Origin: Octopus vulgaris
Lineage: Eukaryota
Assembly (NCBI GenBank): GCA_951406725.2
Contig: OX597818.1
Coordinates: 88,412,001 to 88,476,000 of the forward strand
Length of the DNA stretch: 64,000 nt
Direction of reading: 5' to 3'
In this document: positions 16,014-29,741 of the stretch, piece after piece
Numbering within the stretch: position 1 is the stretch's first letter
Layout of the letters: each line of letters opens with the position of its first letter
Program-made: the position numbers and the translations under genes
Notes under the pieces: model-generated
What the model was told of the DNA's origin: nothing
What the model saw: the letters and a program-made list of their open reading frames with translations, nothing else
Databases searched by the model: none

Positions 16014-16192
16014 CACATTTAAATTGAAGATTATATATGTCCTTACTTCACTCTATCTGTCTTCCTTTCTTCACTTCTTTTTCGCCTGCTTTTGAATTTT
16101 GGTTTTTGCTGTTTTTTGTTTTTCCATTGCAACGGAGTTTTATCTTGCATAAGTAAATGTAAAGGACAATAGGTATCTTTAATTTCACTACT

Positions 16193-16277
16193 TGAAGAAG
16201 AAGAAGAAGGAGGAGAAGAAGAAGAAGAAGAAGAAGAAGAAGAAGAAGAAGAAGAAGAAGAAGAAAAAGAAGGAGAA

Positions 16278-16328
<51 letters not shown>

Positions 16329-16435
16329 GAAGAAGAAGAAGAAGAAGAAGAAGAAGAAGAAGAAGAAGAAGAAGAAAAAGAAGAAGAAGAAGAAGAAGAA
16401 GAAGAAGAAAACGAAAAAGAACAAGAACAAGACGG

Positions 16436-16492
<57 letters not shown>

Positions 16493-16552
16493 CGACGACG
16501 ATGATGTTGATGACGATGATGATCATGTTGATGAGCACGACGAAGAAGAAGC
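16193..16552. repeat. Compound (GAA)n/(GAT)n trinucleotide repeat
   Basis: Directly visible. Confidence 0.97.
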
Positions 16553-17028
16553 AGTTCCAAGGTTTTATAATAAATTTTTTCTTGAAATGTAATATGAAAT
16601 GAGAAAAATCAAATATCAGAAAATGTGAATGGGTTAAGTTTTTTTTTTTTTCTATTTCTCCATTTCTGCACACTTATAAACACAGATATATCAAATATTT
16701 AATAAAGTCCAACTCACTTATATCAAAAATATCTCGTTTCATATTCAGATTTATTGATAACCTTTTTGCTATTTATGATGGCGGAATATTTAGTAACGTT
16801 TTCTGCAAGATTTTTATCCGAAAGATCTAGATGTTACGAGTGAACACCACGATAAACACAACTTAATTCCTAAACCTTGACTTGCGTATGTTAAATAAAT
16901 ATTTTTTTTTTACAGAAACTTTGTAACCTCAAATGACATCCTTTTGTAAATGTTTGTTAATAATATAAACTTGTAAGATACATATATATAAACATATATA
17001 TATATACCTTTACATACACATACACACA

Positions 17029-17137
<109 letters not shown>

Positions 17138-17302
17138 TTATAAGCGCAGGCGAGGCTGTGTGGAAAGATGTTTGCTTCCCGACCACATGGTTCCATGTTC
17201 AGTCCCCCTGCATGGCACAATGGGCGAGTGTCTCCTACAACTGCTTCGAGCAGAGTAAAGCGTTGTGGGTAGATTCGGTAGACAGAACCTGAAAGAAGCC
17301 CG

Positions 17303-17407
<105 letters not shown>

Positions 17408-17551
17408 CATTTATATATACATATGTATATATAATTTTATTAAAAGCGCTTAGGTTTGATTAAATTATAGATGTGAAACACCATTATATATATATATGAA
17501 AAACTTACCTTTACTAACAAAAGTCGGGGTGCGTGGCGTTTAGTTACTATA

Positions 17552-18008
17552 TCTCCCTATATATAAACGGCAGTTTGTCTGTCTGTGTGTCTGTGTGTGT
17601 GTCAGGTTGTACCCTCACTCTGACCACGGCTTTCAACCGATTCTGATGAAACTTGACACACACATAGCCCAATGTCATAATTCAAAACTAATGCAGCGAA
17701 AATTTTGAAAAGTTCCCCCAGTTCTGAAAAAATCGATAAATTCGACATGGGGCCGAGAATCTAAGCTTTTTATATGCAACACATTTTCTGGGCTGTACGT
17801 GGGCTGTTCACGCGTTGGGAGGCGCAATGATGTTTTCGCCCAAAGGGACAGCTAGGAACATCGTATACACAGAAGTATTCAAGTGAAGAGAAGACATTGC
17901 AACCTACACATGCGCCTTCGTTCCCTAGAGGGAAAGGACTAGATTGGGATTAGTCGTTGCCTACTAGGGACTCTTACATACCCGGGCAACGCCGGGCTAT
18001 GCTGCTAG
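17552..18008 (+). mobile_element. Complete non-autonomous Helitron
   Basis: A|TC 5' end (tctccctatatataaa), (GTCT) repeat, 3' hairpin CCCGG-gcaacg-CCGGG at 17981-17996, terminal CTAG followed by T. Confidence 0.8.
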
Positions 18009-18300
18009 TCTATTATATAAAATCAGTTCTGTCTGTCTGCGTATGTGTTTTCTAGGATCTCGGGTATCCTCCATACGATTGCGCTCAAATTTGATATGTA
18101 GATACCGACGGTATCAGGGAATGTATAAGTCTTGAAAGAATTACAAAAATCGATTCCAGGTGAGAATGCGATCGATAAAGCTGTGGGAACGTGCTTTCCC
18201 CCGTCAACCTGTACATAACTGCACCTTCCATTTTTTGTTGTTTTTGTTCTACTTAAAGGCACGTTTCTTTCCTGCCAAGCTTACTATTTAAACCATGTTT
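18009..18300 (+). mobile_element. 5' part of a second Helitron subfamily
   Basis: Begins TCtattatataaaatc...ctgtctgtctg...ctcaaatttg; 3' end not identified. Confidence 0.55.
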
Positions 18301-18864
18301 GTGTTCTCCCAGTCAACAGCCTTATCATTACTGGTACTTTAAACTCTTCGGTTGCATATTTGTGCGCATAAAATCGTTTTTCTTTAGAATAGAAAAAAAG
18401 TCTATCTTTATTTCTTCTTTTGCTGGTGTCTCAAATTTAGGTTAAATCAGTGTTTCTCAAAGGGGAGGCCTATAGGACGGTCGGACAAGTTGTTTTGAGA
18501 AAGTTTGGTTTAAACGTTTGACAACTCAACACCGTCCATTGGACGGGGGCGTTTTGCTCGTATATATATATAACAAGGGCAAAAGAAAAATTATATCTAT
18601 GCCAATATGCTGAGAACAGACTTTAAATCGTCAATTTCCACATTTTATTTTACAATCATTATAAATACACGTCGTGCTGAAATCGAGGAAAGCTAGCCAA
18701 CAGTATTTTCTTTAAAAGTTCGTTATTTCTATATTGAATCAATTTCGGGATTAATCGTATGGATTCTTCCCTCTTCAGTAGAAAATGCGATTAGAAATAA
18801 ATGAAATACTTACAAGTAGCCATTGAAAAAAGCATAAGCAAGAGTCGTGAGCACATCTAAGTAC

Positions 18865-18927
<63 letters not shown>

Positions 18928-19590
18928 CTTTGCCTTTCGCCCTTTCAGGGTCGATAAATTAAGTACCAGTTGCATACTGGAGTCGATCTAATCAACTGGA
19001 TACCTCCACAAAAATTTCGGGCCTTGTGTCTTGAGTATATATATGTATATATATACACACTCAGAATATAAGTGTTTAATTATCTCGTGATCTAAACGAA
19101 TTATCATGGTTTTAAGCTTCTAACTGAGACGTGATCTATGGATCCATTTTAGTTTTCCGATTTAGAAGATATACATTTGTGAAAGAAGACAACACAGACC
19201 GAGACATAAGAAGCATGTCAATTCATCTACATTATTTTATATTATTCTTAAATTAGTTGACGTAACTAATTTAAGAATAATATAAAGTAATGTATATGAA
19301 TTGAGATGCTTGTTATATATACATATAGTTCGTATTTGTATTTGGTTTGTAACATTCTTGATGTGAATTCGTGTGTTGAAACAAATACTATTGAACCTTG
19401 GGAGGGGTATTATGCCGGTAATTATAAACACATACACTGTTTCGATCCTTTATTGTTATTGATACTTATTCTATCGCACCTGTTGTCGAACGGTCAGATA
19501 ACAACACGAACAATACTGAACAATAACAATGAAGTACCGAACCAGGGAGTGTATTTATAATTACCAGCATAATGCCCCTCCCAAGGTTCA

Positions 19591-19667
<77 letters not shown>

Positions 19668-19900
19668 CACAGTGGCGGACTAGCAGCCTGTCCGATGGCA
19701 AGTTAGGCCCTTGTGCCATTAGAATCCATATATGGGGGTCCAAAATAGTATCCGCTCAAGTTTGAGAATGCATTAACCATTTCCGCCCGGCTGTGTTTGT
19801 AGACACTTGAAAAGAATGCTTTTAACAACAAAAAATTAAAGATAGCATTGTTGTTGCAGTGGGCAGAGAAAGGAAGAGAGAGAGGAAGAGAGAGAGAGAA

Positions 19901-19972
<72 letters not shown>

Positions 19973-20837
19973 GAGTAGGTAGGGTCGAACCAGCTCCAAA
20001 GAGAAGAGGCCGTTATAGTAGCAATATCAAAGACAAGAAAAGGAGACTGTACGATTATGGGTCAGGGGTTGGAGTGTGTCTTCATCCAGCGCAATTGATG
20101 GAACAACTGAAACATAGGGTTGTAGAGGCAGTCGTGACAGTATATTTGACATTCGTTTGTGAATAGTGTATTCACAGAAGATAATATCCTATTAAACTTA
20201 ATATTAAACAAAAATTTCGCAAGAGAAAACCATATAGAAAATTTTATTGAATAATAACATAAAATGTCATTCGTATTCATTTCCACAATTTCAATCATAA
20301 AACAGAAAAAAGAGAAAAACAACGGATGACGAAATAACAACTCATTAAAACAGCCATCTCTGTTTGATTTTTTGTTTGTTTTTGTTTTTACAGGGATGTC
20401 TCTTTTACTTGTTTTACTCATTGGACTGCGGCCATGCTTAGGCAAAGCCTTGAAGAGTGATGAATATTCAGTGTTAAACGAAGGTAAATGTAGAAACTCA
20501 CCGAAGAACACTCTGCTACTTCTGCTTTTTACTTGGTGAGTCTGGAGGAACAGAGAGTCTCTATGATCTTTACAGACTCCCCGAGACTGGTCCGATGGAA
20601 GCCGCTAAAATTCAATTTTAGACAGTTAAAGACCAAAGCCTAAAGGCAAGACATAACTCTCTGTGTGTGTATTTGTGTGTGTGTGTGTGTGTACATTAAT
20701 CAAGATGAACATTTTCAGTGATACTGGCTAGAAAACTACATTGCTTCTGCAGTCTAGTACAGTCATTTGTTATAATACACACACACACACACACACACAC
20801 ATATGTATATATACACACATGTGTATATATATATATC

Positions 20838-20874
<37 letters not shown>

Positions 20875-20889
<15 letters not shown>

Positions 20890-20972
20890 GTATATATATA
20901 TATATGTATATATACGCATCTGTATGTATGTATGTATGTATGTATGTATGTATGTATGTATGTATGTATGTA

Positions 20973-21041
<69 letters not shown>

Positions 21042-22303
21042 ACATACATATATATATATATATATTTACACACATACGTACATACATACATATCTGAATA
21101 TGTATGAATATATGTATATATATATATATATATATCTATATATATTTATATGTATGTGTATATATTCATGTACACACACATACACACACGCATATATATA
21201 TATATATATATATATACGTGTATATATATATATGTATATGTATATATATGTAATATGTATATATATGTGTGTGCGCGTGAGTGTACGCACACACACACTC
21301 TCTCACTCACAAACACACATGCATATATACATAAATACATACATATGTATGCACCTATGTGTAGTGTGCGTGTATGTGCATGTTGTGTGTGTGTGTGTAT
21401 GTGTGTGTGTGTGTGCTAATAAAAGTTAAAATTACACTGTCACTACACGTTTATTCGTATCGTTCTTCAGTCAAGGACAAACTGTCTGAAGAGGTTACAA
21501 GTACGGCCCCCACGCTCTTCAGACGAGGTAATAACATTAAGTTAAGGAGACATTGGGAAGTATGAAGGGTGGCGAGACAGAGTAAAGGAGATCTTGCACA
21601 GAATTAGTAGCTGTCCTTGATGTGTAATATGAGCACATTCAATATTTAACGAAAGAGACAGAGACAGAGAGACAGAGAGAAAGGAAGGGGGTTAGATGGA
21701 AACGAGAGAGACAGGTAGATATATAAAGGAGGGAGAATGATAGAAGTCACGGACTCAGGGACAGTAGACAGAGAGAATACAGGTCAAAAGAGGGGTGGAG
21801 GTGTGTGTAAGTGGTGAAATTAAGGAGGAGGTGCGTGGTAGCCATTTAGCTATTTAATGTTCTTGTCATTAAATATTACTTTCATTTAGTTAATTGTTAT
21901 TTATCAACTGTAAAGGCGTCGCAGATTTATTTTGTTTTAGAACGACATTCTTTGAGCTACTAAACATGCGTTTATGAATATTCACTTAATTGTTCGTTGA
22001 GCAAATACTTCAGCAAGAAGGTTCTCTAACCGAGAGTAAAAAAAAACAAAAAACGAAAAGCATGTTAGGAATTATATCCCGTACCTTTCTCATTAAACGT
22101 GTGTGGTTTTAATATTATCGGGGTAAATACCTTGTGTGCTTTCCAAGGATCCTTTTCGAGTATCAGCTATCCGAATGTATGTATGTATGTATGTATGTAT
22201 GTATGTATGTATGTATGTATGTGTGTGTATGTACGTATGTATTATGTATGTATGTTTATATGCGTGTGTGTATGTGTGTGTACATGAATATATACACATA
22301 CAT

Positions 22304-22391
<88 letters not shown>

Positions 22392-22458
22392 TTCATACAT
22401 ATTCAGATATGTATGTATGTACGTATGTGTGTAAATATATATATATATATATGTATGT

Positions 22459-22539
<81 letters not shown>

Positions 22540-22600
22540 TACATACATACATACATACGTACATACATACAGATGCGTATATATACATATATATAATATG

Positions 22601-22610
<10 letters not shown>
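20875..22610. repeat. Inverted duplication of a compound microsatellite block (arms about 20875-21195 and 22258-22610)
   Basis: Anchors acgcatctgtatg, tatctgaatatgtatgaata and ttcatgtacacacacatacacacacgcata recur as reverse complements in mirrored order. Confidence 0.85.
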
Positions 22611-22640
<30 letters not shown>

Positions 22641-22660
22641 GAAAAATTTATCCATATATA

Positions 22661-22758
<98 letters not shown>

Positions 22759-22942
22759 AGATTGAAATCTAAATACCGATCTTATCAGGTGGGCAGCATG
22801 GGAATAAAAACGTTCAAAGGTAATAATTATTTAAAATGAACATTTAATGTGGTTTTAGAGTCAAGTTTTGACTGCTATTTCCAGTGTGGTGGTATCTCTT
22901 AGATAGCCTAAATTATAATTATATATATATATATATGTGTAC

Positions 22943-23034
<92 letters not shown>

Positions 23035-23199
23035 CATATACATATATGTGTATGTATGTATGTATGTATGTATGTATGTATGTATGTATGTATGTATGTA
23101 TATATATGCCTATGTAAGTGCGCGCGCGCATGTGTGTATCATCAGCAATTTAACTTTCGACACATATTTCATCCTACTTCAGTGTTTTAATACCACAGG

Positions 23200-23552
23200 C
23201 ATAAACATACGTTTACCTACTACAGAAGGACGTTAAGGATATGATGGACAAATCATAAAACGAATGAAGAAGTGCTGTTACTAGCAAATAGAATAAAAAG
23301 GATCTCTACTCTCAACTATTAAAAACAAAAGGAAAAATATATTAAGAGCTCAACATATACAAAGGCTCTTACTAAAAGAACGGACGAAAAGAAAAAGCTC
23401 GAGAGGAAGAAAGATCTCTAGAACACACTGGTTTGATAAAAATCAAGGACCTAACTGAACTACCTGTCAGATGGTTGATGTATAAGAGGGTCAAAGGAAA
23501 GACCTGAGTGGAGGCCCTTGTTACTTTCTACCTGCTGAGACCAGGTGGTATC

Positions 23553-23583
<31 letters not shown>

Positions 23584-23640
23584 GATGTTGAGGATGATGA
23601 TGATGACGACGACGATGATGATGATGACGATGGTGATGAT
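23200..23640 (+). mobile_element. Decayed RTE-like LINE 3' end with (TGA)n tail
   Basis: Frameshifted WTNHKTNEEVL, SRGR, THWFD and RPEWR motifs followed by (GAT)n. Confidence 0.55.
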
Positions 23641-23920
23641 TAACCTACTTAATCTTTAACAACAAGCATATGTTGTTTGTAGTAGAACTTGACAGCTCAT
23701 TGGATGGACACAAGTGACAGGATAAGGGGATGGACACTGGACACTGGGTGCTCAATAATTATCTATGTTTTATCTTCTACTTGGTTCATTTATTGGACTG
23801 CGGCTATGCTGGGGGCAACACACTGGTAGAGGCCTTGGTGTCGGCGTAGGCGGAGGCGACGTTTTCGTCGTCGTCGTCTTCACCGTCGTCGTCTTCGTCG
23901 CCGTCATCTTCATCATCGTC

Positions 23921-24310
23921 GTTGTCAACAGTGTCTTCATTATTGACAACGACATCTTCGTCGGCGGCGTCGGCTTTGTCCCCGTCGTCGTCCTCGACAG
24001 CGTCGACATCAGCGTTGGCATCATCGTCATCATTATGCCAACGTCGTCCATGCTCTCGTTATCGGCTGTCATTGTCGTCGTTGTCGTTGTCAACAGTGTC
24101 CTCATTATTGACAACGACATCTTCGTCGGCGGCGTCGGCTTTGTCCACGTCGTCGTCCTCGACAGCGTCGACATCAGCGTTGGCATCATCGTCATCATTA
24201 TGCCAACGTCGTCGTTGCTCTCGTTATCGGCTGTCATCGTCGTCGTCGTCGTTGTCAACAGTGTCCTCGTCGTTGACGACGACATCTTCGTCGGCGGCGT
24301 CGTCGAGAAC
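23921..24310. repeat. 165-bp tandem repeat (about 2.3 units), GTC/ATC-rich
   Basis: gttgtcaacagtgtc starts at 23921, 24086 and 24251; units nearly identical. Confidence 0.95.
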
Positions 24311-24682
24311 ATCATGGACTTTGTCGTTGCCATCGTCTTTGTCTTCCTCTTCGTTTTCGTTGTCTTGTTTGTCATCATTCTAATCGTCGTCGTTGTCGTC
24401 GTTGCTGTTACTGCTTATCTTCACACCAACTCTGCTGTTTCTGAAATAACTATTTTCTTTCAATATTATTCTGCTTGCTTTTTTTCCCGCTACGGTATAA
24501 TTATTTCTAATTAGATTTTTAATGCCTCTGCACAAAATATTTTATCACTAATATACATCTACACTATATGGATTTATGTAATATACTTCATACAAATAAT
24601 TTTAGTATATAATTATATATGTATGTGAATATGTATGAATATATATACCGAGAGAGTGAGGTTGATAATTAGATAGATAGGC

Positions 24683-24772
<90 letters not shown>

Positions 24773-25094
24773 GTAAACAGACACCAACACATACATACGT
24801 GCGCACCAGGTGTCCCAGAAGTGTATATAGATGAGCAAGATTAGTACGTGTCGAAAAAATAAATCCACCCCTTTAATTTGAAATTTTAAAGAATATTCTC
24901 CGGTATATCCTTCTTGTTTCCATTTAGTTTCGTGTACATACATGTATGTATTAAAACATTACGTGCGCTTGCGATCGTGGGTGTGATTTTATTTGTGTAT
25001 TTATGGGCAAAGCAGGTATGTCTTTTTTTTTATATATATATTTGGGTAAGTTTATGAATAAGTAGTAAATACTTTTGGGTGAAATATATATTGG

Positions 25095-25297
25095 TTTCAA
25101 ATGTTGGCACGAGGCCAACATTTTGCGGGGAGGGGTAAGTCGAGTGTATCGACACTTGTGTTTAACAGGTACTTATTTTATCGTCTCCAAAGGTAAAGTC
25201 GACCTAGGCGGAATTTGAACTCAGAACGTTAAGACGGGCGAAATGCCGCTAATCATTTTCCCCCTGTATGCTAACGATTCTGCCAGCTCGCCGCCTT
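25095..25297 (-). mobile_element. SINE family B monomer
   Basis: gaatttgaactcagaacg...ctgccagctcgccgcc. Confidence 0.8.
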
Positions 25298-25856
25298 AGT
25301 GTTAAATATATATTGATTGATTGATTCTAGTTTCAGCTCACGAGCTGTGGCCATGCTGGGGCACCGCCATCTGTTATATTTACAAATAATTAGTTAACTT
25401 ATCTCCCCTTCAATAATCGTCTACTCTTCCAAAATGACTACGCATTAACTCTACCAGTCACTTCCGGAAGACCATAATGCATTTTAATATTCATCTCATA
25501 CAAAATTAAAAGCCATAGCAGTATTAATATGTACATAAATATTGACCTAATCAAACAACGTTCACTTAAATTATGCAGTATACAAATTTGATACTATCGT
25601 TAAAACATCGATTACATTATTATTAATTATTATAAATAATATACAAAAAATACAACACTTGCCAACGTTTAGACACGTAAAATCATTATAAAAGCAATCA
25701 TAACTGTCTGTTTAAACTCTTTCCTATTCGGTTATATTATAATATAAAACAGCTAGACGTCAAATTACGTTTGCCTATTTTTTTGTTTTACATATTAAAA
25801 TATTCTAACCTGTCGCGTCTACCTTCTTTTAATTTTCTCTCCTCGTCCAGTAATTC

Positions 25857-26255
25857 TTTTCTACTCTAGGCACAAGGACCGAAATTTTGCGGGAGTGGGG
25901 TTGCAGTCGATTACATCGACCCCAGTACGCAACTAGTACTTAATTTATCGCCCCTAAAAGGATGAAAGGCAAAGTTGACCTCGGCGGAATTTGAACTCAG
26001 AATGGAGCGACGGGCGAAATACCTATTTCTTTACTACCCACAAGGGGCTAAACACAGAGAGGACAAACAAGGACAGACAAACAGATTAAGTCGATTATAT
26101 CGACCCCAGTGCGTAACTGGTATTTATTTAATCGACCCTGAAAGGATGAAAAGCAAAGTCGACCTCGGCGGAATTTGAACTGGGAACGTAGCGGCAGACG
26201 AAATACCGCTCAGCATTTCGCCCGACGTGCTAACGATTCTGCCAGCTCACCACCT
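25857..26255 (-). mobile_element. SINE family B dimer
   Basis: Same architecture and junction (gaaatacctatttcttt) as 6113-6481. Confidence 0.85.
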
Positions 26256-27889
26256 TTAAAACAAACTCCCGGTTATTAATCGTTTCTATTATAAGCACAA
26301 GGCCTGAAATTTGGGGGTGAGGGGTTAGTCGATTATATTGACTAATGCTATGAGAATTCTTTCTTCATTAGGCACCCAAGAGGGGCCCAATCGATTACAT
26401 TGATCCCAGTGTACAATTGATACTTGTTTTATTGACCCCGAGAGGATGAAAGGTAAAGCTGGCCTCCACGGAATTTGAACTTAAAACGTAAAAGCAAAGA
26501 ATTACTGTAAAGGGCTCGAAAGTAAAATTACCTCCTTAGAGATAACAATATCGTTGTATTAGTTTTTGTAGAATCTAGGTCAATCTTTATCAAATAGTTC
26601 TGTGATTAAAGACATTCCAACTATAACCACTCTATCTTTTTGTTATATATTATTTACATTATTGTTATTTATTTTTACTAATAGATGTAAATGATGCACA
26701 GAATTCCTCACCTCTAAAATATAGAACAGTACTTTTCACTATATATAGCGAACTCAGGTCTATAATACCCATCCAAATTTGCATGTAATTTGGCAGTTTT
26801 TTCTAGCAAGATTGAAAACTCTCATTTGCAATACATTTTTCATATTAAAGAAGGGTAATTATTTCAAATTTTGGCACAAGGCTAATAATTTTAGAAGCAT
26901 GGAGTTATTCAATTAAATCGAAAATTAAAAATAACAGAAATAACAAAAATAGAACAATTCTTCGTGTTGCTTAAAAAAGAATCCTGTTTTCAGTTAAACA
27001 AAGTCGGATAGGAAATTATTGGATGTTAATACCCAGGATATGGCGATAACGAATCCAGAAACCAGATCTTCAGTGACGTTACAATCTATTTTATATTGTA
27101 ATACGAGCCGTGTTTCTCTGGCCGTTCGTCTGTTCGTCTGTCACATGCTATTATCAGATGAAGATGATTTTCAAGTAATTTATCTGACGAACGAATAAAT
27201 AAGTAAATAAATAAGATAAATAATTAAATAAATAAAGAGAGTGAATTATTCAATTTATTCATTGAATCCACATTGGAAATGTAAGGAAATACGGATTTTA
27301 TTTTTGGTGAAAGTTTTTTTCTTCGCACACCAAGGAAAAATGGCAATGAATATTTTATTCTCAAATTCAACAACAGTCTATGTAACGAAATGAAAAAGAT
27401 TAAAGGAGTAGGCTGAAAGAAGCAAGAGAAAGGTAATGAAAATAGTGACAGATTGGCTAAAACCTTTATTCAGTGAAGCCGTTAATTTTCCTATCAATAT
27501 ATTGCGATTGACTAAATACAGTTCTTTCTGCCTCATGAAACTATTTACTTTTGAGGTAGGTATCATAATAATTTACCGCTTTGTCTATGTCTCAGGAAGT
27601 TTGGCAAACATAATTTTACTGAAACACAACCTTAAATAATATGGAGAAAATTATTATGAATGAAATTCCCTTTCGCATCCATAATCTGCCACAATTATTA
27701 TTAACACACACATACACATATCCACAAATTTCAGAACTTTATTATGTGGTTACATGATCTGCTAAAAATAATAGCTAAGTCTTCTTCAAACCAACCTGAA
27801 TGACATATTATAATGACGAAAGCAGAACATTGACAGGAAACATTGTCTATGGAGTAATCATCTTCGTAATATCTCGCTTTTTATTTTTA

Positions 27890-28250
27890 CTTTATTTCAG
27901 TCGTTGGAATTCGGCCATGCTGTTGCACCACCTTAAGGGGTTTATTCGAAGTAATCGACCCAAGTATTTACGTTTTATTTATTTATTCATTTATTTTTAC
28001 AGTCATGTACTTATGCTATCATTCACTTTTGCCGAACCGTAAGGCCATGGGGATGTAAACAAACTAACATCTGTGGTCAAAAGATATTGGGGGTAGGGGT
28101 GCAAAAAGAAACACACGTTTCCGTCTACCAAATTCACTCACAAAGCATTGGTCAGTTTACGGCTATAGTAGAAGATACTTGATCACAGTGGCGCCAAGTG
28201 GGACTGAACATGAAACCATTTGATTGCAAAGCGAGTATCTTAACCACACT
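27890..28250 (-). mobile_element. SINE family A, diverged copy
   Basis: ttttgccgaaccg and gtttccgtctaccaaattcactcacaaa match family A. Confidence 0.7.
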
Positions 28251-29160
28251 GCGTATGTAAATGTAAATATTGCACAATGCATATATTAAATTTGAAGAAT
28301 ATGAAATAAAATAATTTTTAAGCAAACGCTTTTTAGTCGAACAATATTATAAAATTATTTACTAAGCCCTCTCTCAGAAAGACGAACTAAATTTCAATAA
28401 ATTACATATTAAAAAGGCGCTTAATACAACATCTATTTTCTTGACAATGAAAATAGAAGTAAAGTTAATTATTTTCTAATTCTTTAAAAGAATCCTCGGA
28501 TTTAAACTGTATATATTTTATATATTGAACGCAACATTTTAAATGGACAAACAATTTAAAATTTAAATTTTACTATCTTGCCGTCAGCAAAGTGACAGCT
28601 GTCGATCTAATATTAATGATATAATAACTTTTTACTTATTATGGGCACAATGCCGAGAATTGTGGTGGGAGGAGGCTAGGTCGATTACATCGACTCTAGT
28701 GCTCAACTGGTACTTATTTTATCGAACTTTAAAAAAAAATGAAAGGTCAAGCTGACCTCAACGGCATTTGAATTCAGAGCGGAGAGAGCCAAAAGAAATG
28801 CCACTAAGCATTTTGTCCAGCTCGGTACGATACGATTTGACTTGAACAACTAATGCTATGAGAATTCTTTCTTCTTTAGGCACCAGACCTGAAGTTGTGA
28901 GAGAAGGGCCCAATCGGTTACATTGACCCCAGTGTTCAACTGATACTTGTTTTATAGACCCCGAGAGGATGAAAAGTAAAGTCGACCATAGCGGAATTTG
29001 AACTTAAAACGTGAAAAGCGAAGAATTACTGCAAAACGTCAGTAATAATAATTTTTTCAAACTTTGGTACAATGCCAGCAATTTTAGTATGGGAAGGTTT
29101 TTCGATTACATCAACCTTTTTGGCCCTGAAATGATGACTAGCGAAATCGACCATGGCAAG

Positions 29161-29741
29161 GCGGCGAGCTGGCAGAAACGTTAGCACGCTGGACGAAATG
29201 CGTAGCCGTATTTCGTCTGCCGTTACGTTCTGAGTTCAAATTCCACCGAGGTCGACTTTGCCTTTCATCCTTTCGGGGTCGATAAATTTAGTACTAGTTA
29301 CGCACCGATGTCGATATAATCGATTTAATCCTCTTGTTTGTCCTAGTTTGTCCCCTCTATGTTTAGCCCCTTGTGGGTAATAAAGAAATAGGTATTTCGT
29401 CTGCCGGTACGTTCTGAGTTCAAATTCCGCCGAGGTCGACTTTGCCTTTCATCCTTTCGGGGTCGATTGAATAAGTACCAGTTACGCATTGGGGTCGATA
29501 TAATCGACTTAATCTGTTTGTCTGTCCTTGTTTATCCCCTCTGTGTTTAGCCCCTTGCGTGTAGTAAAGAAATATATATTTCGTCTGCCGCTACGTTCTG
29601 AGTTCAAATTCCGCCGAGGTCGAATTTGCATTTCATCCTTTCGGGGTCGATTAATTAAGTACCAGTTACGCATTGGGGTCGATATAATCGACTTAATCCG
29701 TTTGTCTGTCCTTGTTTGTCTTCTCTGTGTTTAGTAGCAAG
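29161..29741 (+). mobile_element. SINE family B trimer with 15-bp target-site duplication, inserted in an antisense family B copy
   Basis: One head plus three roughly 190-bp core+tail units; flanking gaaatcgaccatggc 29143-29157 and gaaatcgaccacggc 29742-29756. Confidence 0.85.

Noticed and set aside
16048-16673. Poly-K/M/H/L/F ORFs (similar at 31283-31717, 36537-36837, 43301-43850, 47478-47888)
   Set aside because: Pure trinucleotide repeats with no flanking protein-like sequence or splice evidence
19670-19793. hAT-like MITE (cagtggcgga...tccgcccggctg)
   Set aside because: TIR match is poor and no 8-bp TSD is seen
22130-22175. Minus-strand CTGATAC-TC-GAAA-aggatcctt hammerhead-like string
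   Set aside because: G8/A9 and stem II are absent; cannot form the fold
26990-27640. Possible host exons (27040-27175 and ORF 27436-27639)
   Set aside because: No frame open from a good acceptor and no recognisable domain
29161-29741. CRISPR-like or satellite reading of the repeated units
   Set aside because: Units are whole ~190-bp SINE bodies with no unique spacers; eukaryotic context with no cas genes
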